From a virus (taxonomy: Duplodnaviria; Heunggongvirae; Uroviricota; Caudoviricetes), in the IMG/VR virus record IMGVR_UViG_2778261673_000007: a stretch of 40,308 bases of DNA. The stretch is one strand, 5' to 3'. The notes below the pieces were generated by a model, which ran no database searches, was not told the DNA's origin, and was given only the letters and a program-made list of their open reading frames with translations. The number at the start of each line of letters is the position of its first letter. Within the stretch, counting starts at the first letter, position 1. Shown in pieces: positions 16,155 to 26,592 of this stretch. Made by a program: the position numbers and the translations under genes.

Positions 16155-16505
16155 ATGCCCCCACGAACCCCAAAAGCCTGCCGCGTTCGCGGTTGCCGCA
16201 ATACCACTACTGACCCGTCAGGCTATTGTGAAAGCCATAAAAGCGAAGGCTGGAAGCAATACAAGCCAGGACAATCCCGTCATCAGCGCGGCTACGGTTC
16301 GAAATGGGATGCTATCCGTGAACGTGTACTGAAACGTGACAAAGGTTTATGTCAGTTATGTCTGCGTGCCGGTGTGGTGCGTGAAGCGAAAACCGTTGAC
16401 CACATCATCCCTAAAGCGCATGGCGGCACTGATGCCGACTGTAATCTGCAGAGTCTGTGCTGGCCGTGTCATAAGGCGAAGACGGCCCGTGAACGGTTGA
16501 AGTGA
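16155..16505 (+). CDS. HNH endonuclease (terminase-associated)
   Basis: CxxC...H...N...H...CxxC pattern (CRVRGCRN ... DHIIPKAHGGTDADCNLQSLCWPCH); located just upstream of terminase genes as in HK97-like packaging modules. Confidence 0.8.
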   Translation: MPPRTPKACRVRGCRNTTTDPSGYCESHKSEGWKQYKPGQSRHQRGYGSKWDAIRERVLKRDKGLCQLCLRAGVVREAKTVDHIIPKAHGGTDADCNLQSLCWPCHKAKTARERLK

Positions 16506-16526
16506 TAATGATTCTCAACTTCCTGA

Positions 16527-16592
16527 GGGGAGGGGCGGGTCAAATCCCTGCGGCCTGACGTCTTCCGGACTGCCCGCCCCATCGTTTTTTTA
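16527..16592 (+). terminator. GC-rich stem (GGGGCGGG / CCCGCCCC) with long loop followed by T7: terminator-like element, possibly cos-proximal
   Basis: Read directly; located between the HNH gene and terminase small subunit, where HK97-type phages place cos. Confidence 0.35.
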
Positions 16593-16630
16593 TACCCGCG
16601 AAAAATGAAATTTAACCAGGAGTGCCGCAT

Positions 16631-17125
16631 ATGGCTGGAACGGCGGGGCGTTCCGGGCGTCGCCCCAAGCCAACGGCGCGCAAGGCGCTGGCCGGAAACC
16701 CCGGCAAGCGAGCCCTGAATAAAGATGAACCTGTTTTTACGCCCATCAAAGGTGTTGAGCCACCGGAGTGGTTCGCTGAAGAAGATCTCCCTCTCGCTAC
16801 GATCATGTGGCAACTGACAACTAAAGAACTCTGCGGTCAGGGCCTGCTGTGCGTGACTGACCTTGCGGTGCTTGAGCGGTGGTGCGTGGCCTACGAGTTC
16901 TGGCGACGTGCCGTGAAAAATATTGCCAGACAGGGCAACACCATCACCGGTGCAATGGGCGGTATGGTCAAAAATCCGGAGCTGACTGCCAAAAAAGAAC
17001 AGGAGTCCGAGATGAGCAGTACGGGGGCAATGCTCGGACTCGACCCCAGCAGCCGCCAGCGTCTGATTGGCCTGGCGGGGAAGAAGAAAGCCACTAACCC
17101 GTTTCTGAAAATCATCGAATCATGA
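16631..17125 (+). CDS. Terminase small subunit (P27-like)
   Basis: Position immediately upstream of the large terminase; basic N-terminus; start taken at the ATG 9 nt after AGGAG. Confidence 0.7.
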   Translation: MAGTAGRSGRRPKPTARKALAGNPGKRALNKDEPVFTPIKGVEPPEWFAEEDLPLATIMWQLTTKELCGQGLLCVTDLAVLERWCVAYEFWRRAVKNIARQGNTITGAMGGMVKNPELTAKKEQESEMSSTGAMLGLDPSSRQRLIGLAGKKKATNPFLKIIES

Positions 17126-18855
17126 GCCGGAAATCTTACCCCAACGTAAATGCTGCAAATCAGTATGCCCGGGATGTCGTGCGCGGAAAGATTGTTGCCT
17201 GCCAGTTTGTGATTCAGGCCTGCCAGCGCCATCTTGATGACCTGATGGCGGAAAAAAGTAAGTCGTTTCGTTACCGCTTCGACAAGGACCTGGCTGAACG
17301 GGCCGCGAAATTTATTCAGCTGTTGCCGCACACCAAGGGGGAGTGGGCATTCAAACGGATGCCCATCACGCTGGAGCCGTGGCAGCTATTTGTGATCTGC
17401 TGTGCGTTTGGCTGGGTCAATAAAGGCACCCGGTTGCGCCGCTTCCGGGAGGTGTACACCGAAATCCCCCGTAAGAACGGCAAATCAGCAATCTCTGCCG
17501 GTGTTGCCCTGTATTGTTTTGCCTGTGATAACGAGTTTGGCGCGGAAGTGTATTCCGGTGCCACGACAGAGAAACAGGCGTGGGAAGTCTTTCGCCCGGC
17601 GCGACTGATGTGTAAACGCACACCCATGCTGACGGAAGCGTTCGGGATTGAGGTTAACGCCTCAAACATGAACCGTCCGGAGGATGGCGCGCGGTTTGAA
17701 CCGCTGATCGGCAACCCAGGTGATGGTTCATCACCCCACTGTGCCGTGGTTGATGAATATCACGAGCATGCCACCGATGCGCTTTATACCACAATGCTTA
17801 CCGGGATGGGGGCGCGACGTCAGCCACTGATGTGGGCCATCACCACCGCCGGGTACAACATTGAGGGGCCGTGCTACGACAAGCGGCGGGAAGTCATCGA
17901 GATGCTCAACGGCTCGGTGCCTAACGATGAACTGTTCGGGATCATCTATACCGTTGATGAAGGTGACGACTGGACCGACCCGCAGGTGCTGGAAAAAGCC
18001 AATCCAAATATTGGCGTGTCGGTTTATCGCGAATTTTTGTTAAGTCAGCAGCAGCGTGCGAAAAATAACGCCCGTCTGGCAAACGTCTTTAAAACAAAAC
18101 ACCTCAATATCTGGGTGTCGGCGCGTTCGGCGTATTTCAACCTGGTGAGCTGGCAGAGCTGCGAGGATAAATCACTGACTCTTGAGCAGTTCGAGGGGCA
18201 GCCGTGCATTCTGGCCTTTGACCTGGCGCGTAAGCTGGATATGAACAGCATGGCGCGACTTTATACCCGCGAGATTGACGGTAAAACGCATTACTACAGT
18301 GTGGCCCCGCGTTTCTGGGTACCGTATGACACGGTGTACAGCGTCGAGAAAAATGAAGATCGCCGGACAGCCGAACGCTTTCAGAAATGGGTGGAAATGG
18401 GCGTTCTGACCGTTACCGATGGTGCAGAGGTGGATTATCGCTACATCCTTGAAGAGGCCAAAGCGGCGAACAAAATCAGCCCGGTCAGTGAGTCACCCAT
18501 CGACCCTTTCGGAGCGACCGGGCTGTCACATGACCTTGCTGATGAAGACCTGAATCCCGTTACTATCGTCCAGAACTTCGCCAATATGTCCGACCCGATG
18601 AAAGAGCTGGAGGCAGCGATTGAATCGGGACGCTTTCATCATGACGGCAATCCCATCATGACCTGGTGTATCGGCAATGTGGTCGGCAAAAACATGCCAG
18701 GTAACGATGATTTAGTGAAGCCCGTCAAAGAGCAGGCGGAAAACAAAATCGATGGTGCAGTTGCGCTGATTATGGCGGTTGGCAGAGCCATGCTGTACGA
18801 GAAAGAAGACACGCTGTCTGACCACATTGAGTCCTATGGGATCCGCTCGCTTTAA
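17122..18855 (+). CDS. Terminase large subunit
   Basis: 577 aa; Walker-like ATPase region and C-terminal nuclease acidic residues (...[11 protein letters not shown]...); overlaps small-subunit stop. Confidence 0.9.
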
Positions 18856-18866
18856 CTGAGGTAATT

Positions 18867-19049
18867 ATGATCATGCTGATTCTCGCGCCTCTGGTGGGCG
18901 TGCTGGGGGCGCTTTTGCTGGCGTATGGTGCCTGGCTGATTTATCCCCCGGCGGGGTTTGTTGTTGCCGGGGCGTTGTGTCTGTTCTGGTCGTGGCTGGT
19001 GGCGCGATATCTCGACCGTACACAGTCGTCTGTCGGCGGAGGTAAATAG
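18867..19049 (+). CDS. Small hydrophobic protein (60 aa), uncertain
   Basis: Two hydrophobic helices; short gap-filling ORF between terminase and portal. Confidence 0.3.
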
Positions 19050-20290
19050 TGTTCTTTTCGGGATTATTTCAACGAAAAAGTGACGCACCGGTGACCACGC
19101 CAGCAGAGCTGGCGGATGCTATCGGGTTGTCCTACGACACCTATACCGGAAAGCAGATCAGCAGCCAGCGGGCCATGCGACTGACGGCGGTTTTTTCCTG
19201 TGTCAGGGTGCTGGCGGAGTCGGTCGGGATGTTGCCCTGCAACCTGTATCACCTGAACGGCAGTCTGAAGCAGAGAGCCGCTGGCGAACGTCTGCATAAG
19301 CTGATCTCCACGCATCCCAATGGCTATATGACGCCGCAGGAGTTCTGGGAGCTGGTGGTCACCTGTCTGTGCCTGCGGGGAAACTTTTACGCCTACAAAG
19401 TGAAAGCATTTGGCGAAGTGGCTGAACTGCTGCCCGTCGATCCCGGCTGTGTGGTACCGAAGCTTAACAGTAGCTGGGAGCCGGTCTATCAGGTCACATT
19501 CCCGGATGGCTCCACGGATGTACTGAGCCAGGAGGATATCTGGCATGTGCGCACGCTGACGCTGGACGGACTGGTGGGGCTGAATCCCATCGCCTATGCC
19601 CGCGAGGCAATATCGCTGGCGGCAGCGACCGAAGAGCACGGGGCCAGACTGTTCAGCAATGGCGCGGTGACGTCGGGTGTGTTGCGTACAGAGCAGACGC
19701 TGTCAGATCAGGCTTATGAGCGCCTGAAGAAAGATTTTGAGGAGCGTCACACCGGGCTTGGCAATGCTCACCGCCCGATGATCCTTGAGATGGGGCTGGA
19801 CTGGAAGTCGATGGCGCTGAACGCCGAGGACAGCCAGTTCCTGGAAACCCGCAAGTTTCAGCTTGAAGAAATCTGTCGTCTGTTCCGGGTGCCGTTGCAC
19901 ATGGTGCAGAACACCGATCGCGCCACCTTCAACAATATCGAAGAGCTGGGGCTGGGATTTATCAACTATTCACTGGTGCCGTATCTGACCCGCATCGAAC
20001 AGCGGATCAACACCGGACTGGTACGAAAAAGTAAGCAGGGCGTTTATTACGCCAAATTTAACGCCGGGGCGTTACTGCGCGGGGATATGAAGTCCCGTTT
20101 TGAAGCCTACGCCACCGGGATCAACTGGGGAATTTACTCTCCCAATGACTGCCGCGACCTGGAAGATATGAATCCACGACCCGGTGGTGATGTCTATCTC
20201 ACACCGATGAACATGACCACGAAACCCTCCGATGGCAGTAAAGCCGGTAAGCAGAAGGATAACGCCAATGCAGACGAAACAACGTCTTGA
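19049..20290 (+). CDS. Portal protein (HK97 family)
   Basis: 413 aa, follows terminase; GTG start with GGAGGT RBS; portal-like composition and order. Confidence 0.85.
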   Translation: MFFSGLFQRKSDAPVTTPAELADAIGLSYDTYTGKQISSQRAMRLTAVFSCVRVLAESVGMLPCNLYHLNGSLKQRAAGERLHKLISTHPNGYMTPQEFWELVVTCLCLRGNFYAYKVKAFGEVAELLPVDPGCVVPKLNSSWEPVYQVTFPDGSTDVLSQEDIWHVRTLTLDGLVGLNPIAYAREAISLAAATEEHGARLFSNGAVTSGVLRTEQTLSDQAYERLKKDFEERHTGLGNAHRPMILEMGLDWKSMALNAEDSQFLETRKFQLEEICRLFRVPLHMVQNTDRATFNNIEELGLGFINYSLVPYLTRIEQRINTGLVRKSKQGVYYAKFNAGALLRGDMKSRFEAYATGINWGIYSPNDCRDLEDMNPRPGGDVYLTPMNMTTKPSDGSKAGKQKDNANADETTS

Positions 20291-20918
20291 TGTACCGCTG
20301 AGTCTGAAATCTGTCAGTGACTCCGGTGAGTTTGAAGGGTATGGCTCCGTCTTTGGTGTAAAGGACAGCCACGATGATGTGGTGATGTCCGGGGCATTTG
20401 CTGCTTCCCTGCGGGCGTGGAGTGACAGAAAAGCGTTACCTGCGCTGCTCTGGCAGCACCGCATGGATGAACCCATCGGTGTTTACACCGAAATGAAGGA
20501 AGACGATGTCGGGCTTTACGTCAGGGGACGGTTGCTTATTGATGATGATCCCCTCGCAAAACGCGCACATGCACACATGAAGGCCGGTTCGTTAACCGGC
20601 CTTTCTATTGGGTACGTCCTGAAAGACTGGGAATACGACCGGAGCAAAGAAGCCTTTCTGCTGAAAGAAATCGACCTCTGGGAAGTCAGCCTGGTGACGT
20701 TCCCGTCTAACGACGAGGCGCGGATCAGCGACGTCAAGAACGCACTGGCCCGCGGGGAAATCCCCGAACAGAAAAAAATCGAAAGAGTCCTGCGTGATGT
20801 CGGACTCTCCCGTACCCAGGCCAAAGCATTCATGGCCGGGGGCTATGGCGCACTGTCCCTGCGCGACGCTGAGGATGTGGGCTCTGCACTGAATGCACTG
20901 AAAAATCTGAACTTCTAA
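20268..20918 (+). CDS. Prohead protease (HK97 family)
   Basis: Gene order portal-protease-capsid; start taken at internal ATG (MQTKQRL) overlapping the portal 3' end. Confidence 0.75.
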   Translation: MQTKQRLDVPLSLKSVSDSGEFEGYGSVFGVKDSHDDVVMSGAFAASLRAWSDRKALPALLWQHRMDEPIGVYTEMKEDDVGLYVRGRLLIDDDPLAKRAHAHMKAGSLTGLSIGYVLKDWEYDRSKEAFLLKEIDLWEVSLVTFPSNDEARISDVKNALARGEIPEQKKIERVLRDVGLSRTQAKAFMAGGYGALSLRDAEDVGSALNALKNLNF

Positions 20919-20932
20919 TCAGGAGAAATACG

Positions 20933-22138
20933 ATGGCGGTTGATATTAAAGATGTCGAACAGGTCGCGCAGGAGCTGCAGCAGAAGTTTGACGACTTCAA
21001 AGCAAAGAACGACAAGCGCGTGGATGCGATTGAGCAGGAAAAAGGCAAGCTTGCCGGGCAGGTGGAAACCCTGAACGGGAAACTCAGCGAGCTGGAAAAT
21101 CTCAAAAGCGACCTTGAAAAAGAGCTGCTTGAGCTGAAACGTCCGGCAGGTGGAGCGCAAAATAAACTGGCCACCGAGCATAAAGAGGCGTTTGTGGGCT
21201 TCCTGCGTAAAGGCCGTGAAGACGGTCTGCGCGATCTGGAGCGTAAGGCATTGCAGGTGGGTACCGATGAAGACGGTGGCTACGCCGTGCCGGAAGAACT
21301 GGATCGCAACATTCTTAACCTGCTGAAAGATGAAGTGGTGATGCGTCAGGAAGCCACGGTGATCACCGTTGGCGGTTCCGACTACAAAAAACTGGTGAAT
21401 CTGGGCGGTACGGCTTCCGGATGGGTGGGGGAAACGGATACGCGATCCCAGACTGCCACCTCCAGACTGGAGCTGATTGAACCTCTCATGGGGGAAATCT
21501 ACGGCAACCCGCAGGCTACCCAGAAAATGCTGGACGATGCCTTCTTCAACGTGGAGGCCTGGATCAACAGCGAGCTGGCAACCGAATTTGCCGAACAGGA
21601 AGAAATTGCCTTTACCTCAGGCAATGGCACCAAGAAGCCGAAAGGGTTCCTGGCGTATGAATCCACTGATGAAACCGACAAGGTCCGGGCGTTCGGCAAA
21701 CTTCAGCATATTGTATCCGGCGAAGCGACCGCGGTGACCGCAGACGCCATTATCAAACTGATTTACACGCTGCGTAAGGCACACCGCACTGGCGCGAAGT
21801 TCATGATGAACAACAACAGCCTGTTTGCCATACGTTTGCTGAAAGACACCGAGGGTAACTATCTGTGGCGTCCGGGGCTGGAACTGGGGCAGCCGTCCTC
21901 TCTGGCGGGTTACGGTATCGCTGAAAACGAACAGATGCCGGATATCGCCGCTGATGCGAAAGCCATTGCATTTGGTAACTTCAAACGGGGTTACACCATC
22001 GTTGACCGTATCGGCACCCGCATTCTGCGTGACCCGTACACCAATAAACCGTTTGTCGGTTTTTATACCACCAAGCGCACCGGCGGGATGCTGGTCGATT
22101 CGCAGGCCATCAAACTGCTGAAGATTGCAGCGGCGTAA
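20933..22138 (+). CDS. Major capsid protein (HK97 fold) with N-terminal coiled-coil delta domain
   Basis: 401 aa; N-terminal 100 residues strongly coiled-coil (scaffold-like delta domain); follows the protease. Confidence 0.85.
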   Translation: MAVDIKDVEQVAQELQQKFDDFKAKNDKRVDAIEQEKGKLAGQVETLNGKLSELENLKSDLEKELLELKRPAGGAQNKLATEHKEAFVGFLRKGREDGLRDLERKALQVGTDEDGGYAVPEELDRNILNLLKDEVVMRQEATVITVGGSDYKKLVNLGGTASGWVGETDTRSQTATSRLELIEPLMGEIYGNPQATQKMLDDAFFNVEAWINSELATEFAEQEEIAFTSGNGTKKPKGFLAYESTDETDKVRAFGKLQHIVSGEATAVTADAIIKLIYTLRKAHRTGAKFMMNNNSLFAIRLLKDTEGNYLWRPGLELGQPSSLAGYGIAENEQMPDIAADAKAIAFGNFKRGYTIVDRIGTRILRDPYTNKPFVGFYTTKRTGGMLVDSQAIKLLKIAAA

Positions 22139-22187
22139 TCACTCAGGGGCGCGGAACCGCGCCCCCTGTTCTGACGGGTGAAGAATC

Positions 22188-22388
22188 ATGATCCTGAAAC
22201 AAGATCTGAAATGGTCACCGGACGGTATGCGTGTTGAGGTCATTCGGGCCGGTGAGTATGACGACGGGGCGCTTCCTGCCCGGGTGCAGGAGATTGCACT
22301 TCAGGCCGGGTTAGCAGAGCGCGGAATCAGTGCAAAAAGCAGTAAAGCGGCAAAAGAGAAAAAAGCCACGACCAGTAAAGAGGGCTGA
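22188..22388 (+). CDS. Small hypothetical head-module protein
   Basis: 66-aa ORF with Lys-rich tail between capsid and connector genes. Confidence 0.4.
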   Translation: MILKQDLKWSPDGMRVEVIRAGEYDDGALPARVQEIALQAGLAERGISAKSSKAAKEKKATTSKEG

Positions 22389-22390
22389 GT

Positions 22391-22714
22391 ATGCTTCTGA
22401 CAATGGAAGAGATTAAAGCCCAACTCCGGCTGGATGAGGATTTCGATGCTGATGACCGCCATCTGCAACTGCTGGCCTGTGCGGCACAAAAGCGGACGGA
22501 AACGTATCTGAACCGGAAGCTCTATGCACCGGATGAAACCATTCCGGACAGCGATCCGGACGGGCTGCACCTGCCGGATGATATTCGTCTGGGGATGCTG
22601 ATGCTTATCAGCCATTTTTACGAAAACCGCTCGTCGGTTACGGAAGTGGAGAAACTCGACATGCCGCAGAGTTTTGGCTGGCTTGTCGGCCCGTACAGGT
22701 ACTTTCCGCAATGA
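22391..22714 (+). CDS. Head-tail connector protein (gp6-like)
   Basis: Size and position after capsid gene; acidic small protein typical of the family. Confidence 0.6.
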   Translation: MLLTMEEIKAQLRLDEDFDADDRHLQLLACAAQKRTETYLNRKLYAPDETIPDSDPDGLHLPDDIRLGMLMLISHFYENRSSVTEVEKLDMPQSFGWLVGPYRYFPQ

Positions 22715-23121
22715 AAATTCGTCAGGCGCAGACCAGCGCAACCTACATTCTGCCGGACCCCGGTGAACTGAATAAACGCGTCCTGATCCGCCAGCGGGTG
22801 GATATGCCCGCGGATAACTTTGGCGTGGAGCCTCAATACCCGGTTACGTTCCGGACATGGGCGAAGGTTATCCAGACCAGTGCCACCACCTGGCAGGAAA
22901 CCGCGCAGACCGGGGACGCCATCACCCATTACATCACCATTCGTTACCGCCGGGGGATCACTGCTGATTATGAGGTGGTCTGTGATGACAGTGTGTACCG
23001 GGTGAAACGTCAGCGTGATCTGAACGGGGCGCGGCGCTTTCTGCTGCTGGAGTGTACGGAGCTGGGCGAATGTAGGCAGAGTCACGGAGGCAGCAATGGC
23101 GACTTCCTTTTTGCACGTTGA
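22711..23121 (+). CDS. Head-tail adaptor / head closure protein
   Basis: Position and size; overlapping start/stop with neighbours. Confidence 0.55.
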   Translation: MKIRQAQTSATYILPDPGELNKRVLIRQRVDMPADNFGVEPQYPVTFRTWAKVIQTSATTWQETAQTGDAITHYITIRYRRGITADYEVVCDDSVYRVKRQRDLNGARRFLLLECTELGECRQSHGGSNGDFLFAR

Positions 23122-23602
23122 TTTTCAGCAGCCTGCGGAGATGCGCTTTAACCGCGCCCGTGTCCGGCGGGCGTTTGTCACGATTGGTCAGCGTCATATG
23201 CGTGATGCCCGTCGGCTGGTGATGCGCCGTGCGCGGTCGGCACCGGGTGAAAACCCCGGTTATCAGACCGGACGCCTGGCTCGTTCGATTGGTTACATGG
23301 TACCCAGAGCCAGTAAACATCGCCCTGGTTTTATGGCACGTATAGCCCCTAACCAGCGTAATGGAGAGGGAAACCGCCGTATCACCGGTGATTTTTATCC
23401 GGCTTTTTTGTTCTATGGCGTGAGGCGAGGGGCAAAGCGTCGTCGCAGCCATCATCGTGGTGCATCCGGTGGCAGCGGCTGGCGACTGGCTCCACGTAAT
23501 AACTTCATGGTGGAAACTCTTGAAAAGAACCGCAGCTGGACACGCTATTTTCTGGCGCGGGAATTGCGTAAATCACTGAAGCCGGAGCGACGACACAGAT
23601 GA
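23096..23602 (+). CDS. HK97 gp10-like morphogenesis protein (very basic)
   Basis: Arg-rich 168-aa protein in head-tail joining position. Confidence 0.5.
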   Translation: MATSFLHVDFQQPAEMRFNRARVRRAFVTIGQRHMRDARRLVMRRARSAPGENPGYQTGRLARSIGYMVPRASKHRPGFMARIAPNQRNGEGNRRITGDFYPAFLFYGVRRGAKRRRSHHRGASGGSGWRLAPRNNFMVETLEKNRSWTRYFLARELRKSLKPERRHR

Positions 23603-24159
23603 AACTGACGCCTGTTATTGCTGCGCTGCGTGCCCGCTGCCCGTATTTTGAAAACCGGGTGGCAGGCGCGGCACAGTTCAAAAATCTGCCGGAGGTCGGA
23701 AAGCTGAGACTCCCGGCGGCGTATGTGGTACCGGGGGATGATTCTCCGGGAGAAAACAAAAGCCAGACCGACTACTGGCAGGAGCTGAAAGAGGGCTTCT
23801 CCGTGGTTGTCATACTGAGTAACGGGCGTGATGAGCGCGGTCAGTTTGCTTCGTATGATGTGGTGGACGATGTCCGGCAGATGCTCTTTAAGGCTCTGCT
23901 GGGCTGGAACCCGGAAGCGTGCGGTAACCCGATTACCTATGACGGCGGCACGCTGCTGGATCTGAATCGTCATGAGCTGATTTATCAGTTCGATTTTTCG
24001 GTCATCAGCGAGCTGACCGAAGACGATACCCGCCAGCAGGATGACCTGAACAGTCTGGATGAACTGCGAACGCTGGCGATTGATGTTGATTATCTCGATC
24101 CCGGTAACGGGCCTGACGGCGATATCGAACATCACACCGAAATACCCCTTCCTTCCTGA
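23599..24159 (+). CDS. Tail completion / terminator-like protein
   Basis: Position immediately upstream of the sheath gene cluster. Confidence 0.45.
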   Translation: MKLTPVIAALRARCPYFENRVAGAAQFKNLPEVGKLRLPAAYVVPGDDSPGENKSQTDYWQELKEGFSVVVILSNGRDERGQFASYDVVDDVRQMLFKALLGWNPEACGNPITYDGGTLLDLNRHELIYQFDFSVISELTEDDTRQQDDLNSLDELRTLAIDVDYLDPGNGPDGDIEHHTEIPLPS

Positions 24160-24167
24160 GGATCATC

Positions 24168-24338
24168 ATGTTTGTGAAACCTGTTAAAGGGCGGTCAGTG
24201 CCTGACCCTGCCCGCGGCGACCTTTTGCCCGCCGAAGGGCGAAATGTTGATGAGAACAACTACTGGCTGCGCCGTGAAGCAGCGGGTGATATCCGGCGCG
24301 TGAATAAAAAGGTGAACACCGATGACGATAAGCTTTAA
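24168..24338 (+). CDS. Small ORF (56 aa) upstream of and overlapping the sheath gene; not in the ORF track
   Basis: GAGGA 6 nt before ATG at 24168; ends TAA 24336-24338. Confidence 0.3.
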   Translation: MFVKPVKGRSVPDPARGDLLPAEGRNVDENNYWLRREAAGDIRRVNKKVNTDDDKL

Positions 24339-25818
24339 CACCATTCCGTCGAATACGCTGGTTCCGCTGTTTTATGCGGAAATGGATAACCAGGCTGCGA
24401 ATACTGCACAGGACAGCGGAGCATCGCTGCTGATTGGTCATGCCAATAACGGTGCAGAGATTGTTGCCAACAGTCTGGTGCTGATGCCGTCGGCAGACTA
24501 TGCACGCCAGATTTGTGGTGCGGGAAGTCAGCTGGCGCGTATGGTCGAGGCTTATCGCCAGACCGACCCGTTTGGTGAGCTGTATGTGATTGCCGTTCCG
24601 GAAGCCACAGGCGCGGCGGCAACGGTTACGCTGACGGTGACCGGGGAAGCAACCGAAAGCGGCACGGTGAATGTCTATGTGGGACGTACCCGCGTGCAGG
24701 CTCCGGTGACCAACGGCGATAACGTCACGACGATTGCCAGCAGTATCCAGGATGCCATCAATGCCGTTCCGACTCTGCCGTTTACAGCTTCATCTTCGGC
24801 TGGCGTGGTCACACTGACCGCGCGTCATAAGGGGCTTTGCGGGAATGAAATTCCTGTCAGCCTCAATTACTACGGCTTCGGTGGGGGCGAAGTGCTGCCA
24901 GCGGGCGTACAGATTGCCGTGGCGACGGGGACCGTCGGAACGGGCGCTCCGGTTCTCACCGGCGCGGTGGCTGCAATGGCGGATGAGCCGTTTGATTATA
25001 TCGGTCTGCCGTTCAACGACACGGCCTCCGTTAACACGCTGGTGACCGAGATGAACGATACCAGCGGTCGCTGGAGCTATGCGCGTCAGCTGTATGGTCA
25101 TGTGTATACGGCAAAGACCGGCACACTGTCAGAACTGGTGAACGCAGGTGACCAGTTTAACCAGCAGCACATCACCCTGGCGGGGTACGAAAAAGAGACC
25201 CAGACGCCTGCCGACGAGCTGGCGGCAAGCCGTACCGCCCGCGCAGCGGTGTTTATCCGCAACGATCCGGCACGTCCCACGCAGACCGGTGAGCTGGTGG
25301 GTATGCTGCCTGCGCCGAAGGGGAAACGGTTCACGATGACCGAGCAGCAGACCCTGCTGTCTCATGGCGTGGCAACGGCGTATGTCGAAAGCGGGGTGCT
25401 GCGCATTCAGCGTGATGTCACCACGTACAGGAAAAATTCTTACGGGGTTGCGGATAACAGCTACCTCGACAGCGAGACGCTGCATACCAGTGCGTATGTA
25501 CTGCGCAAACTGAAATCCGTCATTACCAGTAAGTACGGGCGTCACAAGCTTGCCAGCGACGGTACCCGCTTTGGTCCCGGTCAGGCGATTGTCACCCCGG
25601 CGGTAATCAAAGGGGAACTGCTGGCAACCTACCGTCAGCTTGAGCGTGCGGGGATCGTGGAAAACTACGAACTGTTTAAGCAGTACCTGGTTGTGGAGCG
25701 TGATGCCAGCGATCCGAACCGCCTGAACACGCTGTTCCCGCCTGACTATGTTAACCAGTTGCGTGTTTTTGCCGTGGTTAACCAGTTCCGTCTTCAGTAT
25801 TCAGAGGAGTCTGCATAA
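24322..25818 (+). CDS. Contractile tail sheath protein (Mu L-like)
   Basis: 498 aa, followed directly by a 118-aa tube gene, chaperone with frameshift and tape measure: canonical myovirus order. Confidence 0.8.
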   Translation: MTISFNTIPSNTLVPLFYAEMDNQAANTAQDSGASLLIGHANNGAEIVANSLVLMPSADYARQICGAGSQLARMVEAYRQTDPFGELYVIAVPEATGAAATVTLTVTGEATESGTVNVYVGRTRVQAPVTNGDNVTTIASSIQDAINAVPTLPFTASSSAGVVTLTARHKGLCGNEIPVSLNYYGFGGGEVLPAGVQIAVATGTVGTGAPVLTGAVAAMADEPFDYIGLPFNDTASVNTLVTEMNDTSGRWSYARQLYGHVYTAKTGTLSELVNAGDQFNQQHITLAGYEKETQTPADELAASRTARAAVFIRNDPARPTQTGELVGMLPAPKGKRFTMTEQQTLLSHGVATAYVESGVLRIQRDVTTYRKNSYGVADNSYLDSETLHTSAYVLRKLKSVITSKYGRHKLASDGTRFGPGQAIVTPAVIKGELLATYRQLERAGIVENYELFKQYLVVERDASDPNRLNTLFPPDYVNQLRVFAVVNQFRLQYSEESA

Positions 25819-26174
25819 TGGCCCGTATCGGGGGAACCTGTTATTTCAAAATTGACGGTCAGCAGCTATCGCTGACCGGCGGCATTGAGGTGCCCATGAA
25901 CAGGACGGTCAATGATGACATCATCGGCCTGGACGGTTCAGTGGACCGCAAGGAAACTCACCGTGCGCCTTATGTCAAAGGGACATTCAAGGTGCCGAAG
26001 AATTTTCCGGTGAGTAAAATCACCTCGTCTGATGAGATGACCATCACTGCCGAGCTGGCGAACGGTCAGGTCTATGTATTGTCGTCCGCCTGGCTGCACG
26101 GAGAAGCGAACCATAATGCCGAAGAAGGCACGGTTGATCTTGAGTTCCACGGTGAAGAAGGGGATTACCAGTAA
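25818..26174 (+). CDS. Tail tube protein
   Basis: 118 aa immediately after sheath. Confidence 0.7.
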   Translation: MARIGGTCYFKIDGQQLSLTGGIEVPMNRTVNDDIIGLDGSVDRKETHRAPYVKGTFKVPKNFPVSKITSSDEMTITAELANGQVYVLSSAWLHGEANHNAEEGTVDLEFHGEEGDYQ

Positions 26175-26443
26175 TGAAAGAGCTTGAGTTAAAGAAACCG
26201 ATTATCGCTCATGGTGAGACACTCTCCGTACTGGAGTTTGATGAACCCACCGGGAAGGATGTCCGCGAGCTGGGGTATCCCTACCAGATGAATCAGGATG
26301 AGTCCGTCAGACTTCTGGCGCATGTGGTGTCGAAATACATTGTGCGGCTGGCGAAAGTGCCGCAAAGCTCTGTCGACCAGATGTCTCCGGCAGACCTGAA
26401 TGCAGCGGCGTGGCTTGTGGCTGGTTTTTTCCTCCAGGCCTGA
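26174..26443 (+). CDS. Tail assembly chaperone (upstream frame)
   Basis: Position between tube and tape measure; ends just after a TTTTTTC slippery site. Confidence 0.6.
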   Translation: MKELELKKPIIAHGETLSVLEFDEPTGKDVRELGYPYQMNQDESVRLLAHVVSKYIVRLAKVPQSSVDQMSPADLNAAAWLVAGFFLQA

Positions 26444-26592
26444 CGGCTGAATACCTCACTGATCGCTTCTTTGACTGCGCCAGCTACTGGCGCATTAATC
26501 CCTTCGAATTGCTGAATATGCCGATCAGTGAAATTCCCTTGCTGGTCAGTCAGGCAAACAGGATAGAGCAGGAGAAACGCACACATGGCTGA
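26425..26592 (+). CDS. Tail assembly chaperone -1 frameshift extension (slippery site T TTT TTC at 26425-26431)
   Basis: The -1 frame downstream of the heptamer encodes protein-like sequence (EYLTDRFFDCASYWRINPFELLNMPISEIPLLVSQANRIEQEK) running to the tape-measure start. Confidence 0.5.
   Translation, partial: FFPPGLTAEYLTDRFFDCASYWRINPFELLNMPISEIPLLVSQANRIEQEKRTHG

Noticed and set aside
16622-16630. GTG start at 16622 for the terminase small subunit
   Set aside because: The ATG at 16631 has correct spacing (9 nt) from the AGGAG at 16617-16621, whereas the GTG overlaps the RBS.
19064-19639. 191-aa minus-strand ORF (and similar antisense ORFs at 22301-23085, 23545-24135, 27583-27912, 29161-29658, 30813-31106, 31388-31846, 33272-33670)
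   Set aside because: Shadow ORFs antisense to well-supported GC-rich structural genes (portal, head-tail, tape measure, tail and baseplate genes); Arg/Pro/His-rich junk composition.
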